From NCBI GenBank assembly GCA_036170995.1, contig JAVHQF010000147.1, forward strand, positions 15,632-79,631: a DNA stretch of 64,000 bases, read 5' to 3'. Made by a program: the position numbers and the translations under genes. The DNA comes from Sideroxydans sp. (GTDB taxonomy: Bacteria; Pseudomonadota; Gammaproteobacteria; Burkholderiales; Gallionellaceae). The notes under the pieces are model-generated. The model saw only the letters and a list, made by a program, of their open reading frames with translations, did no database searches and had not been told where the DNA came from. Of the stretch, positions 1-9,783 are shown one piece after another. Numbering within the stretch: position 1 is the stretch's first letter; the number at the start of each line of letters is the position of its first letter.

Positions 1-15
1 GGAACTATCGCAGTA

Positions 16-939
16 TTGCGGCTCCTGTTTCTCTGCATCGCTTGGGTAACAAGTAAAGCAAGTAACTTGCTCGACTTGATTGGGCCCAAACGGAAAGCTG
101 ACGCTGAAACGTTGGGCAACATCAGTGCTGCGAAGGCGCATATTCCTGCAAGCCGTGAATTTGAACCTAGCGCAGTGTTGAAAACGGCACTACAAGGTGA
201 GGAATTCATTGCAGCAGACAGAATCGTGTCAATCCGCCTGGATCCACCTGTCGCCATCTTGAATTTGCGTGTTTACTACCAACAGAAGCTGATAAAACGC
301 GAAATGATTGTTACTGAACAGCGTCTTCGTATGTTGATGCAGGGACGACATCATTCACTTGGTGAAGTGACTTTTAATCCTGCAAAAGGCCTGGAAGAGA
401 TCAAGGACGAAACCGTGGAAATGGCGCAAACCCTGATCAACACCATCGGCAACATGCGGGTGTCAAAAGCAAAGGTCAAACCGGCTGAACGTATCGAGAA
501 GGTTGCTCAGCCTAAACAGGAAAAGGATGCTGCTAAGCGTCAGCAAAGCGATCAAAAACATGTTGATCAAAAACCTGTGTCAGCACCCAAGGCCCAGGCC
601 TTGCAAGATCAACCAGTGCAGCCGCGAAATTCGTATGTGCCCAAGCCTACCAAGGGGGTTACGTTCGAAGGAAAGCTGGTTCAAGCTGGCTCTCGTCGCT
701 TCACACCGGAGGGACGAGCACCATACGAAACGTTTGAAGCCTTGCTCAAATTGGACAATGGAGTGGACGTTCCGCTGCGTGGAGCCGAGTTGGAGCGTGA
801 GCTTCAACGGTTCAATGTAAGACTCGGAGAGCGAGTTGCAATCACGCCTATGGGTAAAGTGCCAGTCACCTTGCCCAGTGGTGATGAGGGATCGAAAAAC
901 GTGTATCGTGTCGACCGTTTGGACGGAGCGAATAAATGA
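16..939 (+). CDS. Plasmid hypothetical protein; C-terminal domain resembles the small beta-rich domain found in LPD7/relaxase/primase-associated plasmid proteins; N-terminus may lie upstream of the window
   Basis: 307-aa ORF with no in-frame stop before the window edge; C-terminal pattern GKLVQAGS..PYE.F...L....G....LRG.ELER......GE.V.I.P.G..PV; stop overlaps the ssb start (ATGA). Confidence 0.65.
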   Translation: MRLLFLCIAWVTSKASNLLDLIGPKRKADAETLGNISAAKAHIPASREFEPSAVLKTALQGEEFIAADRIVSIRLDPPVAILNLRVYYQQKLIKREMIVTEQRLRMLMQGRHHSLGEVTFNPAKGLEEIKDETVEMAQTLINTIGNMRVSKAKVKPAERIEKVAQPKQEKDAAKRQQSDQKHVDQKPVSAPKAQALQDQPVQPRNSYVPKPTKGVTFEGKLVQAGSRRFTPEGRAPYETFEALLKLDNGVDVPLRGAELERELQRFNVRLGERVAITPMGKVPVTLPSGDEGSKNVYRVDRLDGANK

Positions 940-1490
940 TCTCGATTACTGCAACAGGCCGTTTGGCAGCTCAGCCGGAATTGAAAATGATTTCGGGTGG
1001 TCACCAAGTGTGTGAATTTCGGCTGCTTGACTCGCGTTTTTACAAAGGCCAGGAAATTACGGAAGCGGTTACGTTTTTTTGCTACGGTGAAATGGCCGAA
1101 GAGTTCTGCTCTACGACCGTTAAGGGACAAGAAATCTCTGCAACTGGTACGCAAGAAACGCAAACATACACGCCAGCTGATGGGCCTACCAGGAACTACG
1201 TGAAATATCGTTTGTCTTGGTTCTCTCGTGGACGCAAGCCCTACACCGGCGAACGTTCTCAAGGGCAGACTCACCAAGGTGGCGCGGGATACGGACAACG
1301 GGCACCACAAGGCCAGAATGCTGGGCAAATGCCTGGCCAACGGCCGGCCCAAAGGCTGAGTGCAGGTAATCAAAACCGAGGTTGGCAGCAAAGCCCGCAA
1401 GGCAACTCTGTACGCCACGGTGACGATGCTGAGGACTACGCACATTCTGGGTTCGGTCAAGACAATGACGAACCAGGCTTTCTGCCTTAA
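936..1490 (+). CDS. ssb: Single-stranded DNA-binding protein
   Basis: N-terminal OB fold (ITATGRLAAQPELK...AEEF....KGQEISATG), Q/G-rich linker, acidic tail DNDEPGFLP. Confidence 0.9.
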   Translation: MISITATGRLAAQPELKMISGGHQVCEFRLLDSRFYKGQEITEAVTFFCYGEMAEEFCSTTVKGQEISATGTQETQTYTPADGPTRNYVKYRLSWFSRGRKPYTGERSQGQTHQGGAGYGQRAPQGQNAGQMPGQRPAQRLSAGNQNRGWQQSPQGNSVRHGDDAEDYAHSGFGQDNDEPGFLP

Positions 1491-1503
1491 CAAGACTTTC
1501 TTC

Positions 1504-1555
1504 AACCCAACCGGGGCACTCTCCGGTTGGGGAGTGCTCCATATCGGAGTATTCC
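1504..1555 (+). promoter_or_regulatory. Dispersed AACCC-hairpin-RBS leader element, copy 1
   Basis: aacccaaccggggcactctccggttggggagtgctcc-atatc-ggagtattcc-ATG; the 3' arm ggagtgctcc is complementary to the RBS region ggagtattcc. Confidence 0.6.
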
Positions 1556-1789
1556 ATGCAAAGTATGAGTGAGCGGCTGGTCCAAAAGGTTCAGCAATTC
1601 CAACAAACAACAGGTGAGGATTCCATGATGGTCGTGATTCAAAAACGCGACGAAAGCATGGGTGTTCACAAAGTGAGATTCAGTCCTAAAACAGGGCTTC
1701 TCGTGGATGGAAGAACTCCATCACACGCGTGGCACGTTTCTGCGGCGGACTTCCATCCGTTGCAGTGGGAACCCACACTGTTGCAATGA
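1556..1789 (+). CDS. Small hypothetical protein
   Basis: 77-aa ORF with a GGAG RBS supplied by the leader element. Confidence 0.55.
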   Translation: MQSMSERLVQKVQQFQQTTGEDSMMVVIQKRDESMGVHKVRFSPKTGLLVDGRTPSHAWHVSAADFHPLQWEPTLLQ

Positions 1790-1903
1790 CATTCGGTAAG
1801 GCTCGGACTAAAGTCCGGGCCTGCACCTTGCAATCAACTGAATTTTTTGACAAAATATGAGCGTTAAGAAAAAAATCGCCTTCCGGCTTTTTTCTTAGTA
1901 TTC

Positions 1904-2000
1904 ATACGGAGCTGGTAGTCCGTGCTGATTTCCAGCGAACCCAGCCTTCACCTAGTCCTGCGAGCCAAGGCTCTTAAAGCACCTTCTTCAATGAAGGGCG
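1904..2000 (+). ncRNA. Candidate structured cis-regulatory RNA upstream of nrdJ, unit A (pseudoknot-capable)
   Basis: ACGGA-GCTGGTAG-TCCGT stem; loop GCTGG complementary to downstream CCAGC; followed by CTTCACCTAGTCC...AAGGGC; repeated at 2089-2183. Confidence 0.5.
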
Positions 2001-2061
2001 CACCAAAAGTCTCCTTCTGAAATCTCCTTTGCGAGAAGAATTTCAGAAGGACGATTGTTCT

Positions 2062-2077
2062 ATTCAATATCTTGCTC
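2062..2077. promoter_or_regulatory. Possible NrdR box
   Basis: Core CAATATCTTG resembles the NrdR box core CwAtATaTwG, upstream of an RNR gene; flanks are poor and no clear second box was seen. Confidence 0.25.
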
Positions 2078-2088
2078 GTAGAGCAGTA

Positions 2089-2183
2089 CACGGAGCTGGA
2101 ATTCCGTGGCAAAGGGGTCATCCTTTTGCAAATCCAGCCTTAACCAGTCCCAAGAAGAGTTTCCACACTCTCTCAAGGGCGGC
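2089..2183 (+). ncRNA. Candidate structured cis-regulatory RNA upstream of nrdJ, unit B
   Basis: CACGGA-GCTGGAAT-TCCGTG stem, hairpin GCAAAGGGG-TCA-TCCTTTTGC, then CCAGCCTTAACCAGTCC...AAGGGC; same architecture as unit A. Confidence 0.5.
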
Positions 2184-2308
2184 ATATCTTCTCCACTGTT
2201 GAAGAACTCAACAGATCCCTCGAAGGGGCCAGCCAATGTGCATCCCTTCTGGGGTGTGCATTGGCGGGTCTCGTGGAGACCCACATTTGCAAATGGAGAG
2301 TTCCTTTT

Positions 2309-5233
2309 ATGAAAACCAATGACAGCAATTTGGCAGCGCCTCAAACGCTACAAAAACTGTGTAATGACGTGCTTCTCGAAAAGTACGCCGCACCTAGTGA
2401 AACCAGTGTGCAAGAAATCCAAAAACGTGTAGCTGCAGCACTTGCTGATGATCCGGTCCAGATGGAGCGTTTTCTCAGTGCTCAGGCCTCAGGGTTCATC
2501 CCTGGTGGGCGTGTTAACTCAGCTGCCGGTATGGAACGTGTAAGCACCATGATCAACTGCTTCGTGCAGCCTGTTGGCGATAGCATGTCTGGAAATAATC
2601 CAGATGGACAACCTGGCATCATGGATGCCTTGCGCGAGGCAGCGGAAACGATGCGTCGCGGTGGCGGTGTTGGATATGACTTTTCATCTATTCGCCCTTT
2701 GGGCGCTCTGGTTAAGGGTACTGACTCCAAGGCCTCTGGGCCTGTTTCCTACATGCGTGTCTTTGACCGTATGTGCCAGACAGTGGAGTCAGCCGGTGCT
2801 CGCCGGGGCGCTCAGATGGGCGTTATGCGCGTTGATCATCCTGATATTGAACAGTTCATTGATGCCAAAAAGTCACCTGACTTCACGCAGATGGGCTTGG
2901 TACAAGGTGACGCTGACACACTGATGAATTTAGTCCGAAAGAATCAAGGATTCGGTTGGTCTGTGCGTTCAGCGTTTGCAACCTTGTCGAACTTCAATAT
3001 CAGTGTTGCGGTAACCGATGAGTTCATGAACGCTGTTGTGAATGATGGTGATTTTGATCTTGTTCACGATGCTGAGCCCGCCAATACCTCCAAAGTAAAA
3101 GTGTGTGCAGACGGTAAAAAACGGTTTGTTTATCAAAAAGTGAAGGCCCGTTACATCTGGGAAAAGATCATGCGCAACACATACGATGGTGCAGAACCTG
3201 GCGTGTTATTCATCGATCACATCAATACCGATGACAACCTTCGCTACTGCGAAGTAATCAAGGCTACGAATCCTTGTGGCGAGCAAGTGCTTCCTGCGTA
3301 TGGCTGCTGTTGCTTGGGATCTATCAACCTTACCCGCTTCGTCAAGGGAGCGTTCACCTCATCAGCGTCATTTGACTTTAATGGGATGGCAAAGGTTGTC
3401 GCGAAAGCTGTCGAAATGTTGAATAAGGTCTTGGACAAAACCCGCTGGCCGCTGGCGCAGCAAGCCAGTGAAGCGGCCAACAAGCGCCGAATTGGTCTGG
3501 GCTATCTGGGCCTGGGCGATGCAATGGCGATGGTTGGAATTCGATACGACTCTCAAGAGGGTGCCGAGTTCGCGCAACATGTGACGGAAGTGCTTCGTGA
3601 TGAGGCCTACATTGCTTCGGTCAATCTGGCGAAAACACTGGGTGCGTTCCCATTCTTTGATGCTGAGAAGTATCTGGAGGAGGGGACATTTGCCTCGCGT
3701 TTGCCGATAAAGATCAAAGATGCCATTCGCAAGCATGGCATCCGCAATTCGCACCTATTGTCAATTGCCCCGACAGGGACCATTTCGATGGCCTTTGGGG
3801 ATAACGCAAGTTCTGGCATTGAGCCCATCTTTAGCCTGCGTCAGCAGCGCAACAAGATCATGGCTGATGGTTCGCGCCAAGCGTTTGAACTCGATGACTT
3901 TGCCTACCGTCAATTCAAGTTGGCCAATGGCGAGGAAGCAACGGCAGACGTGTTTGTGACGGCCATGCAAATGTCAGTAGCAGACCACTTGAGAGTTCTC
4001 GGTGCGGTTGCTCCGTACATTGACAGTGCAATCAGTAAGACGGTGAATGTCCCTACGGACTATCCGTTTGAAGATTTCCAGAAGGTCTACATGGACGCAT
4101 GGAAAATGGGATTGAAGGGCATTACGACCTACAGGCCCAATGACATGATTGGTGCGGTTCTTGTGTCTGTTGACGAATCAGACAAAAAGGCGGTAACGCC
4201 TCCAACCGTGCAGGATCTGCGCCAAGATGATCCAGATCGTCGCGTCGTGCTCAAAGATGTTCACAACATCAATGACGTTATGCGGTGGCCTAATCGCCCG
4301 GATGTAAATCCGGAGGGTATTACCTATCGTGTGAAGCATCCACAAGGTAGCTTTGCAGTGGTCGTAAATCACTACAAAAACGGACGCATGCACCCATTGG
4401 AGGTTTTTGTTGCTGGCGCTGAACAGCCGCGAGGGCTGGCAGCGATCGCAAAGTCCTTGAGCGTTGATATGCGAACGGATGATGGAGCATGGCTGTCCAT
4501 GAAGCTGGAATCATTGCTCAACACTGTGGGTGACGATGGCTTTGAGATGACTGACCCTGCAAACGGGAAGGTTGTCATGATGCCTAGTCTTGCTGCAGGC
4601 TTCGCCAGCTTGGTTAAGCACCGGTTGACTGAAATTGGCGCGTTAGAGAACTCTGGCCCATCAACAATGATGGATGCCTTGTTTTCGAAACGTGAGCCTA
4701 AGACAGGCCCGAACGGCGCACTGGGCTGGCACGTGGACATCAACAACCCGGTTACAGGTGATGACTTTTTACTTCACACGAAGGAATTGGTTCTTCCCAA
4801 TGGCCAAGTCCGTCCGTACAGTGTCTGGCTGTCTGGTGCCTATCCAAAGGTCCTGGATGGGCTTATGAAGGTATTGAGCATCGACATGCGTGTGAGCGAC
4901 CCTGCATGGGTTGCTACGAAGTTGAGCAAGCTGACCAATTTTGGTGAAGTTCGCGGCGACTTCCTCGCGCAAGTGCCTGGTGACGTTAAGCAGCAGAACT
5001 ACCCATCAACGGTAGCCTATGTCGCGGCGGTGTTGCTGGCACGTATGCAAGCGCTTGGTTTGATTGGGCAACAAGCTCAATTGTTCAAGGCAGAAACGCG
5101 CCCGTCTACGGCCGAGGTGTTGGATGTAAAAGCAACTGGTCGTCAATGTCCAGCGTGTAAAACGATGTCCCTTCACAAGCGCGATGGATGTGAGGTCTGT
5201 GATCACTGTGGTTTCAGTGGTTCTTGCGGCTGA
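2309..5233 (+). CDS. nrdJ: Class II (adenosylcobalamin-dependent) ribonucleotide reductase with C-terminal TSCPD-like domains and Zn ribbon
   Basis: Motifs INCFV, GGGVG, RRGAQMG, NPCGEQ, CCLGS, RRIGLG, IAPTGT, SKTVN, KGITTYR; terminal CPAC...CDHC; ATG 2309 follows GGAGAG; no ATP cone and no nrdB partner. Confidence 0.93.
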   Translation: MKTNDSNLAAPQTLQKLCNDVLLEKYAAPSETSVQEIQKRVAAALADDPVQMERFLSAQASGFIPGGRVNSAAGMERVSTMINCFVQPVGDSMSGNNPDGQPGIMDALREAAETMRRGGGVGYDFSSIRPLGALVKGTDSKASGPVSYMRVFDRMCQTVESAGARRGAQMGVMRVDHPDIEQFIDAKKSPDFTQMGLVQGDADTLMNLVRKNQGFGWSVRSAFATLSNFNISVAVTDEFMNAVVNDGDFDLVHDAEPANTSKVKVCADGKKRFVYQKVKARYIWEKIMRNTYDGAEPGVLFIDHINTDDNLRYCEVIKATNPCGEQVLPAYGCCCLGSINLTRFVKGAFTSSASFDFNGMAKVVAKAVEMLNKVLDKTRWPLAQQASEAANKRRIGLGYLGLGDAMAMVGIRYDSQEGAEFAQHVTEVLRDEAYIASVNLAKTLGAFPFFDAEKYLEEGTFASRLPIKIKDAIRKHGIRNSHLLSIAPTGTISMAFGDNASSGIEPIFSLRQQRNKIMADGSRQAFELDDFAYRQFKLANGEEATADVFVTAMQMSVADHLRVLGAVAPYIDSAISKTVNVPTDYPFEDFQKVYMDAWKMGLKGITTYRPNDMIGAVLVSVDESDKKAVTPPTVQDLRQDDPDRRVVLKDVHNINDVMRWPNRPDVNPEGITYRVKHPQGSFAVVVNHYKNGRMHPLEVFVAGAEQPRGLAAIAKSLSVDMRTDDGAWLSMKLESLLNTVGDDGFEMTDPANGKVVMMPSLAAGFASLVKHRLTEIGALENSGPSTMMDALFSKREPKTGPNGALGWHVDINNPVTGDDFLLHTKELVLPNGQVRPYSVWLSGAYPKVLDGLMKVLSIDMRVSDPAWVATKLSKLTNFGEVRGDFLAQVPGDVKQQNYPSTVAYVAAVLLARMQALGLIGQQAQLFKAETRPSTAEVLDVKATGRQCPACKTMSLHKRDGCEVCDHCGFSGSCG

Positions 5234-5254
5234 TCTTGCACCTCAATTATTTTG

Positions 5255-5292
5255 AAAACCCTGCGTGCCAAGTGCATGCAGGGTTTTTTTTG
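5255..5292 (+). terminator. Intrinsic terminator after nrdJ
   Basis: aaaaccctgcgtgc-caa-gtgcatgcagggttttttt. Confidence 0.8.
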
Positions 5293-5558
5293 CTTTTTGC
5301 AGGCTTTTGGCGGCCGAAAGCCAAAAGTTTTGGCTGTAGTCAGCGCCAAAGAATATTTCCACACGGTGGACACCATGCTCTGACCGGTGATGGGGAGGTG
5401 CTATCCACACTTTCGATAGCAGGAAAATAAATTCGCAAGATTCCTAAAATGGTCTTGCTGGATATGAAAATTCAAGTATAAATTTACACAACACCAAAGA
5501 AATTGAACCGGTGTTTTTAGGACTTGTATTTCACATCAACAAACTTTTGGAAATCCAT

Positions 5559-6098
5559 ATGAACAAAAAATCTTTAGTGCAGTTGGCTACACTTATCGCA
5601 GGAACTGTCTTCATCACCGGTTGTGCCCCAATGCTATCTGGCGCGATGAATTTGCAAGTTGATGAAGCATCTTTGCTTGATAAATCAGCAAGTTATTTTG
5701 ATACAACTCGTGAGAAGATCAAGGTGACTTCGGTAGAGAAGGGGGCTCTTTCAACTTCTTACCAAGTCAAATATTCCGGAAAACTTTATCACTGTTCAGT
5801 CTATTACGGGGCAGTACAGTGCGATCAACCTGGAATACCGATTGATCAAGACGTAAAAGCTACCCCAGACACTCAGCCAACAACGCCGACGGTAGAGCGT
5901 GTGGCGCAGGCGACGGAAAATCCTGAAATGAGTCCAGCTCAAGCTCAAGCTCGGTTGAATCAACTGGGCTATCAGGTTGGTGTCCCAGATGGCGTGCTTG
6001 GAAAAAAATCGATTGCAAAACTGAAATTGTTTCAAAAGTCACATGGTCTCGTCGTGAACGGGGTGCTTGATGCGCCTACTGTCGAGGCTTTGCGTTAG
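5559..6098 (+). CDS. Lipoprotein with C-terminal peptidoglycan-binding (PG_binding_1-like) domain
   Basis: Lipobox ITGC; C-terminal AQARLNQLGY.VG.PDGVLGKKS...LKLFQKSHGL.V.G.LD.PT..AL. Confidence 0.85.
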   Translation: MNKKSLVQLATLIAGTVFITGCAPMLSGAMNLQVDEASLLDKSASYFDTTREKIKVTSVEKGALSTSYQVKYSGKLYHCSVYYGAVQCDQPGIPIDQDVKATPDTQPTTPTVERVAQATENPEMSPAQAQARLNQLGYQVGVPDGVLGKKSIAKLKLFQKSHGLVVNGVLDAPTVEALR

Positions 6099-6124
6099 CG
6101 ATACATCCAATAGAAAACTAACTA

Positions 6125-6164
6125 GCCTCACGTCGCACCTTCATTGGCGCACGTGGGGTTTTTT
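6125..6164 (+). terminator. Intrinsic terminator
   Basis: gcctcacgt...acgtgggg stem followed by a T run. Confidence 0.6.
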
Positions 6165-6264
6165 GTTGGCCTTTACCGACATGCTTGTCTGGAGCTAAAT
6201 TAGTCTGTAGAATCAAATTGCTTCCTCATACTGAGGACTCGCGTGTGCAATGCACGCCAATTTC

Positions 6265-6330
6265 AACCCAAGCGGGAATTCAATTCCCGTAGGGGTATTG
6301 GGTTCTCGCTTTTCCTTTTTGGAGAACCCA
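6265..6330 (+). promoter_or_regulatory. Dispersed leader element, copy 2
   Basis: aacccaa-gcgggaattcaat-tcccgtagggg-tattgggttctcgc; ttgggttctc is exactly complementary to gagaacccaa immediately before the ATG. Confidence 0.65.
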
Positions 6331-7461
6331 ATGACGACTACCGTCAATGAAGCGATCAAGCAAAAATCAGCCGATGGGCTTGTTTGCGTGACTCTGGAAG
6401 TACACCTCTGGTCTGGACTTAAGCGGCTCAAGAAAGAGCAGCTGATCGCGAAGAACAGTGAATTCGAAAACCTTCCCCCTGCGACTTTGGCAACTCTTGG
6501 CTCGATCAAGATCTGCGATACGGACGATCTTGCACCCTTCAATGCAATGAAGCGCGAAGCCGAAAAGCTTCTCGCGCTCAATGGACTGCCCCTACTTGGG
6601 ACTGTCGGCATTCCGGAGGCGAAGCTGGACAGCGTGTTCAAAAGTCTTGCGCTGATTCAGAGCAAGTTCAATGACAAACGGGACACATTCTTCAAGCGCT
6701 TTGACCAGGCAATTGAAGACTGGCGTAACCAACCTGAGAACACTGAGTGGGGCAATTTGATCCATGACATTCCATCGCCCGAACAGGCGGCTGGGAAAAT
6801 GTCGTTTGGATTCCATCTGTGCCGCGTAAGTGCGCCCAGTTCGGATGAGTTCAGTGACGCAAACCAGATGTACGCAAAGCAAATGACTGGCCTCAAAGGC
6901 GAGTTGTTTTCGGATGCTGCGAAGGAAGCGGAAATTCTGATCACAAAGTACCTCACTGGGACAACTCCCGGTGGTGTGGTGCAAAAACGTGAAAAAGTGA
7001 CATGGAAGACGTTGCGGCCCCTAAAGCGCATCGGTGAGAAGTTCACAAGCTTCGCGTTTCTTGATCCAACATGTGAGCCCATGGCTGACATGATCGATCA
7101 CGTGCTTGGTCTGTTGCCCGATGAGGGGCCAATTGAAGGCGTGCATCTGATGCACATTTGGACCCTGGCACAGGCCTTGTCCAATCCTCATAAGGCAATC
7201 TCGCTGGCGCAGATGGCTTTTGAAGCAGAGTCCTCTGCAGATGCCTTCGAAAACCTGCTGGGTGTACGCACTACAGCACCTGCATTCGCAGAGCAAGCCG
7301 CCACGCCTGTTGAAGTTGCCACGGCAACAGATACTGCTTCGGCAATTGATAGCGGGTTCTTTCAGATCCCCGCTGAGCATCACCTGCAAGAAAACTCAGG
7401 AGAGTTGTCCGGCCAGGCAGATGTTATTGAAGAGCAACCGTCGTTTGTCGCGTTGTTCTAA
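6331..7461 (+). CDS. DUF3150-family protein (ICE/large-plasmid backbone)
   Basis: Signature V.LEVHLWSG.KRL...LPP..LATLGS.KICD...L.PF..MK..AE..L...G...LG; adjacent to a CobT-like vWA gene as in SXT/IncC backbones. Confidence 0.8.
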   Translation: MTTTVNEAIKQKSADGLVCVTLEVHLWSGLKRLKKEQLIAKNSEFENLPPATLATLGSIKICDTDDLAPFNAMKREAEKLLALNGLPLLGTVGIPEAKLDSVFKSLALIQSKFNDKRDTFFKRFDQAIEDWRNQPENTEWGNLIHDIPSPEQAAGKMSFGFHLCRVSAPSSDEFSDANQMYAKQMTGLKGELFSDAAKEAEILITKYLTGTTPGGVVQKREKVTWKTLRPLKRIGEKFTSFAFLDPTCEPMADMIDHVLGLLPDEGPIEGVHLMHIWTLAQALSNPHKAISLAQMAFEAESSADAFENLLGVRTTAPAFAEQAATPVEVATATDTASAIDSGFFQIPAEHHLQENSGELSGQADVIEEQPSFVALF

Positions 7462-7467
7462 ACAACT

Positions 7468-7516
7468 AACCCAATCCCCACAACGCCCAGGTGTTGTGGG
7501 GAATACTGGAGGTCAC
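7468..7516 (+). promoter_or_regulatory. Dispersed leader element, simplified copy 3
   Basis: aacccaa-tccccacaacgcc-ca-ggtgttgtgggga-atactggagg-ATG. Confidence 0.4.
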
Positions 7517-9745
7517 ATGAGTAATGTGGGAAAAATTGCGAATGCCCAACGGGTGATCGCAGGATTAATGTCTCTCATTCTGGGCAAAAAAAGCACAGTT
7601 GAATGGGGGCGATCTGCAGCATGCAGGGTGGATGGCGTAATTGAATTGCCTCGCCCAAAAACTGGAGATGCTGAAGAAATTGCACTTCTGACCCGCCAGG
7701 CCGTACATGAAGCGGGCCACGAAAAGCACACGGACTTTACAGCGTTAGAAGGCCTTGACGGTAACGTCATGGCACTAATGAACGCACTCGAAGATCCGCG
7801 AATCGAACGAGAGCAGGTTAAATCTTTTCCTGGTGCTGGATTGATTCTGAATCGTGGACTTGAGCATTCCATTCGAATTGCTGATGCTGCTCTCGATTCG
7901 GGCAATCCTTCGCATAGCGCAGATTTGGTTACAGCCAATGTACTCATCAAGGGGTATCGGAGGCTTGTGCCTCATGAAGCCATGAAGTCAGGCGCTGATG
8001 GTTTGGTTGCTAAGGGCGATCAGCTCTTAGGTGTTTCTGGCGTATCGGCCGTAGATCAAGCGATTGATCAATTGACGGCTTGCAAGAGTACGGCAGAGAC
8101 CGTGGCATTAGCCCAGTATCTTTGGCAATCTCTTCAACCAGAAGAACCGGAACAACAAGATCAGCAAGATCAGCAACCGACAGATGCGCAGGATCAACAG
8201 GATCAAAGTGAGATTGGTCAAAGCGATCGAGGTGAGTCTGAAAGCACACCAGATTCAGATGCGCCTCAAACAAGTGAATCCGAAAAGGGCGAGCAATCGC
8301 ATCAACCGGAAACATCTGAAAACTCAGATAGCTATTCACAAGAGAAAAGCAACTCTGAGAATGATTCGACGACCGATATCGAAGGTGATTCCGATGGAAG
8401 AGAAGAGCAACCTGACCAAAGTCAGTCTGAAGTAAACGGTGATTCCAATAAAGATGAACCATCGCCAAGCGGTGATGGTGTAGCCGGCCAAGGTGAAGCC
8501 AGTCAGAACGCACCAATCGACCCTGACCCTGCAGGTGATGGTGATGGTGATGGTGGCCAGCCGCAGACCGGTTCAATGGACGCAGGTGGTGATGAAAACT
8601 CTCCGCAAGACGCTCATAACCAAGAGAGCGATGTGGTTGATAGCACTCCCAACGCAAAAAAAGCTGAAAATTCCGATGGTGATTCAGGTCAGTCAAATCA
8701 GCTTGATCTGAGCGTTGCCAACGGTGGCGGCTTAGGTGCTCTGCTGGAAATTGCTTACGAGCATAAGTTTGGCAAGCCTGATGTAGATGAGTCGGATCAG
8801 ACTGTTGAAGCAACAACAGCCACTGACAACATGACCAAGTTGATTGCGTCTGCTTTGGAGCAGGCATCGAACGATGGTGAGTCGCTCGAAAAAGCACTTG
8901 AGATGATTGAGGCTGCGTTAGAAGTTTCATCCGAACAGGGTGGAAACGATGACGATGCGCCGTCTTCTTCATCAAGCGCAGGCGGCGGCAACGCTTCCGG
9001 TGTTGGAAAGGTTCTGGATGTCAAGACAAACCTCAACGGTGCTGTGAGTCGGTTGGTTCGAATCTTCACGAAAGAGCTACAAGACAAACGGCGGCGCAAT
9101 GTGAAGCTAGCACCTGCAGGGGGGCTGGTTGCATCCAACAGGGTGTGGCGACTGAGTGCAATGGGTGATACCAATGTATTTCGAGTGACCACAAGCACAG
9201 GTGGGATTGATGCAGCTGTAATGGTCTTCTTGGATCGATCAGGTTCAATGCAGAAGTGCATTGTTGAAGCAGCCAAGGCGGCCCTTGCTTGCACTCAGGC
9301 GTTGGAGCGCATCTCGAAAGTGAAAACTTCGATTGAAATGTTTCCGGGGTTTGAAGGCGACATTAACAGCACTGTGACCCTACAGTCCTTCGGTCAATCT
9401 GCACGCCAGGTGGTTAATCGAGTGAGTGAGGTGGATGCGGAAGGTGGCACGCCTCTCGCAGAAGCCCTTCATGAAGCAATACCGAGGCTGCTTGCACAGA
9501 GAGTGAAGAAGCGGTTCGCATTTTTGGTAACTGATGGCATCCCCAACGACACAGTTGCGGCGCTGGCTGAGATTGAAAAAGCGGAAGAAATGGGCGTTGA
9601 GTTCGTAGGCATCGGCATCGGTAAATACGGCCAGGCAATCGAGGGGCTGACACCTTTCTCGGTTTGCATCAACGAAGTGTCTGAACTGCCAGATGCATTT
9701 GAAAAGCTGTTTCGAGGCAACCTTGCCCTGAAGCTGGCAGCTTGA
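7517..9745 (+). CDS. CobT-like protein: N-terminal HExxH domain, long acidic linker, C-terminal vWA domain
   Basis: HEAGH..HTDF and NALED.RIE; D/E/Q/S-rich linker; MIDAS DRSGS, GGTPL, VTDG; ATG 7517 follows GGAGG. Confidence 0.88.
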   Translation: MSNVGKIANAQRVIAGLMSLILGKKSTVEWGRSAACRVDGVIELPRPKTGDAEEIALLTRQAVHEAGHEKHTDFTALEGLDGNVMALMNALEDPRIEREQVKSFPGAGLILNRGLEHSIRIADAALDSGNPSHSADLVTANVLIKGYRRLVPHEAMKSGADGLVAKGDQLLGVSGVSAVDQAIDQLTACKSTAETVALAQYLWQSLQPEEPEQQDQQDQQPTDAQDQQDQSEIGQSDRGESESTPDSDAPQTSESEKGEQSHQPETSENSDSYSQEKSNSENDSTTDIEGDSDGREEQPDQSQSEVNGDSNKDEPSPSGDGVAGQGEASQNAPIDPDPAGDGDGDGGQPQTGSMDAGGDENSPQDAHNQESDVVDSTPNAKKAENSDGDSGQSNQLDLSVANGGGLGALLEIAYEHKFGKPDVDESDQTVEATTATDNMTKLIASALEQASNDGESLEKALEMIEAALEVSSEQGGNDDDAPSSSSSAGGGNASGVGKVLDVKTNLNGAVSRLVRIFTKELQDKRRRNVKLAPAGGLVASNRVWRLSAMGDTNVFRVTTSTGGIDAAVMVFLDRSGSMQKCIVEAAKAALACTQALERISKVKTSIEMFPGFEGDINSTVTLQSFGQSARQVVNRVSEVDAEGGTPLAEALHEAIPRLLAQRVKKRFAFLVTDGIPNDTVAALAEIEKAEEMGVEFVGIGIGKYGQAIEGLTPFSVCINEVSELPDAFEKLFRGNLALKLAA

Positions 9746-9750
9746 TCTGA

Positions 9751-9783
9751 GTCCCTTCTCGCGAAAGCGTGAGGGGGCTTTTT
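9751..9783 (+). terminator. Intrinsic terminator
   Basis: gtcccttctcgc-gaaa-gcgtgagggggc followed by T run. Confidence 0.7.

Noticed and set aside
804-1610. 268-aa minus-strand ORF and the many other short overlapping ORFs in the track
   Set aside because: They overlap well-supported genes on the other strand or frame and show no RBS or motifs
1790-2308. Cobalamin riboswitch upstream of the B12-dependent nrdJ
   Set aside because: No recognisable GGGAA...GCCCCCGCAACTGT or B12-box (GCCACTG...AGYCAG) elements; a different repeated structure is present
2872-2985. Intein in NrdJ
   Set aside because: The insert is only about 35-40 aa and lacks the terminal HN and other splicing motifs
8010-8975. 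321-aa minus-strand ORF with a poly-His run
   Set aside because: Antisense shadow of the GGTGAT repeats in the acidic linker of the vWA gene
7517-9745. Cobalamin-biosynthesis cobT
   Set aside because: No cobN or other cob genes nearby; DUF3150 context indicates the mobile-element CobT-like vWA family
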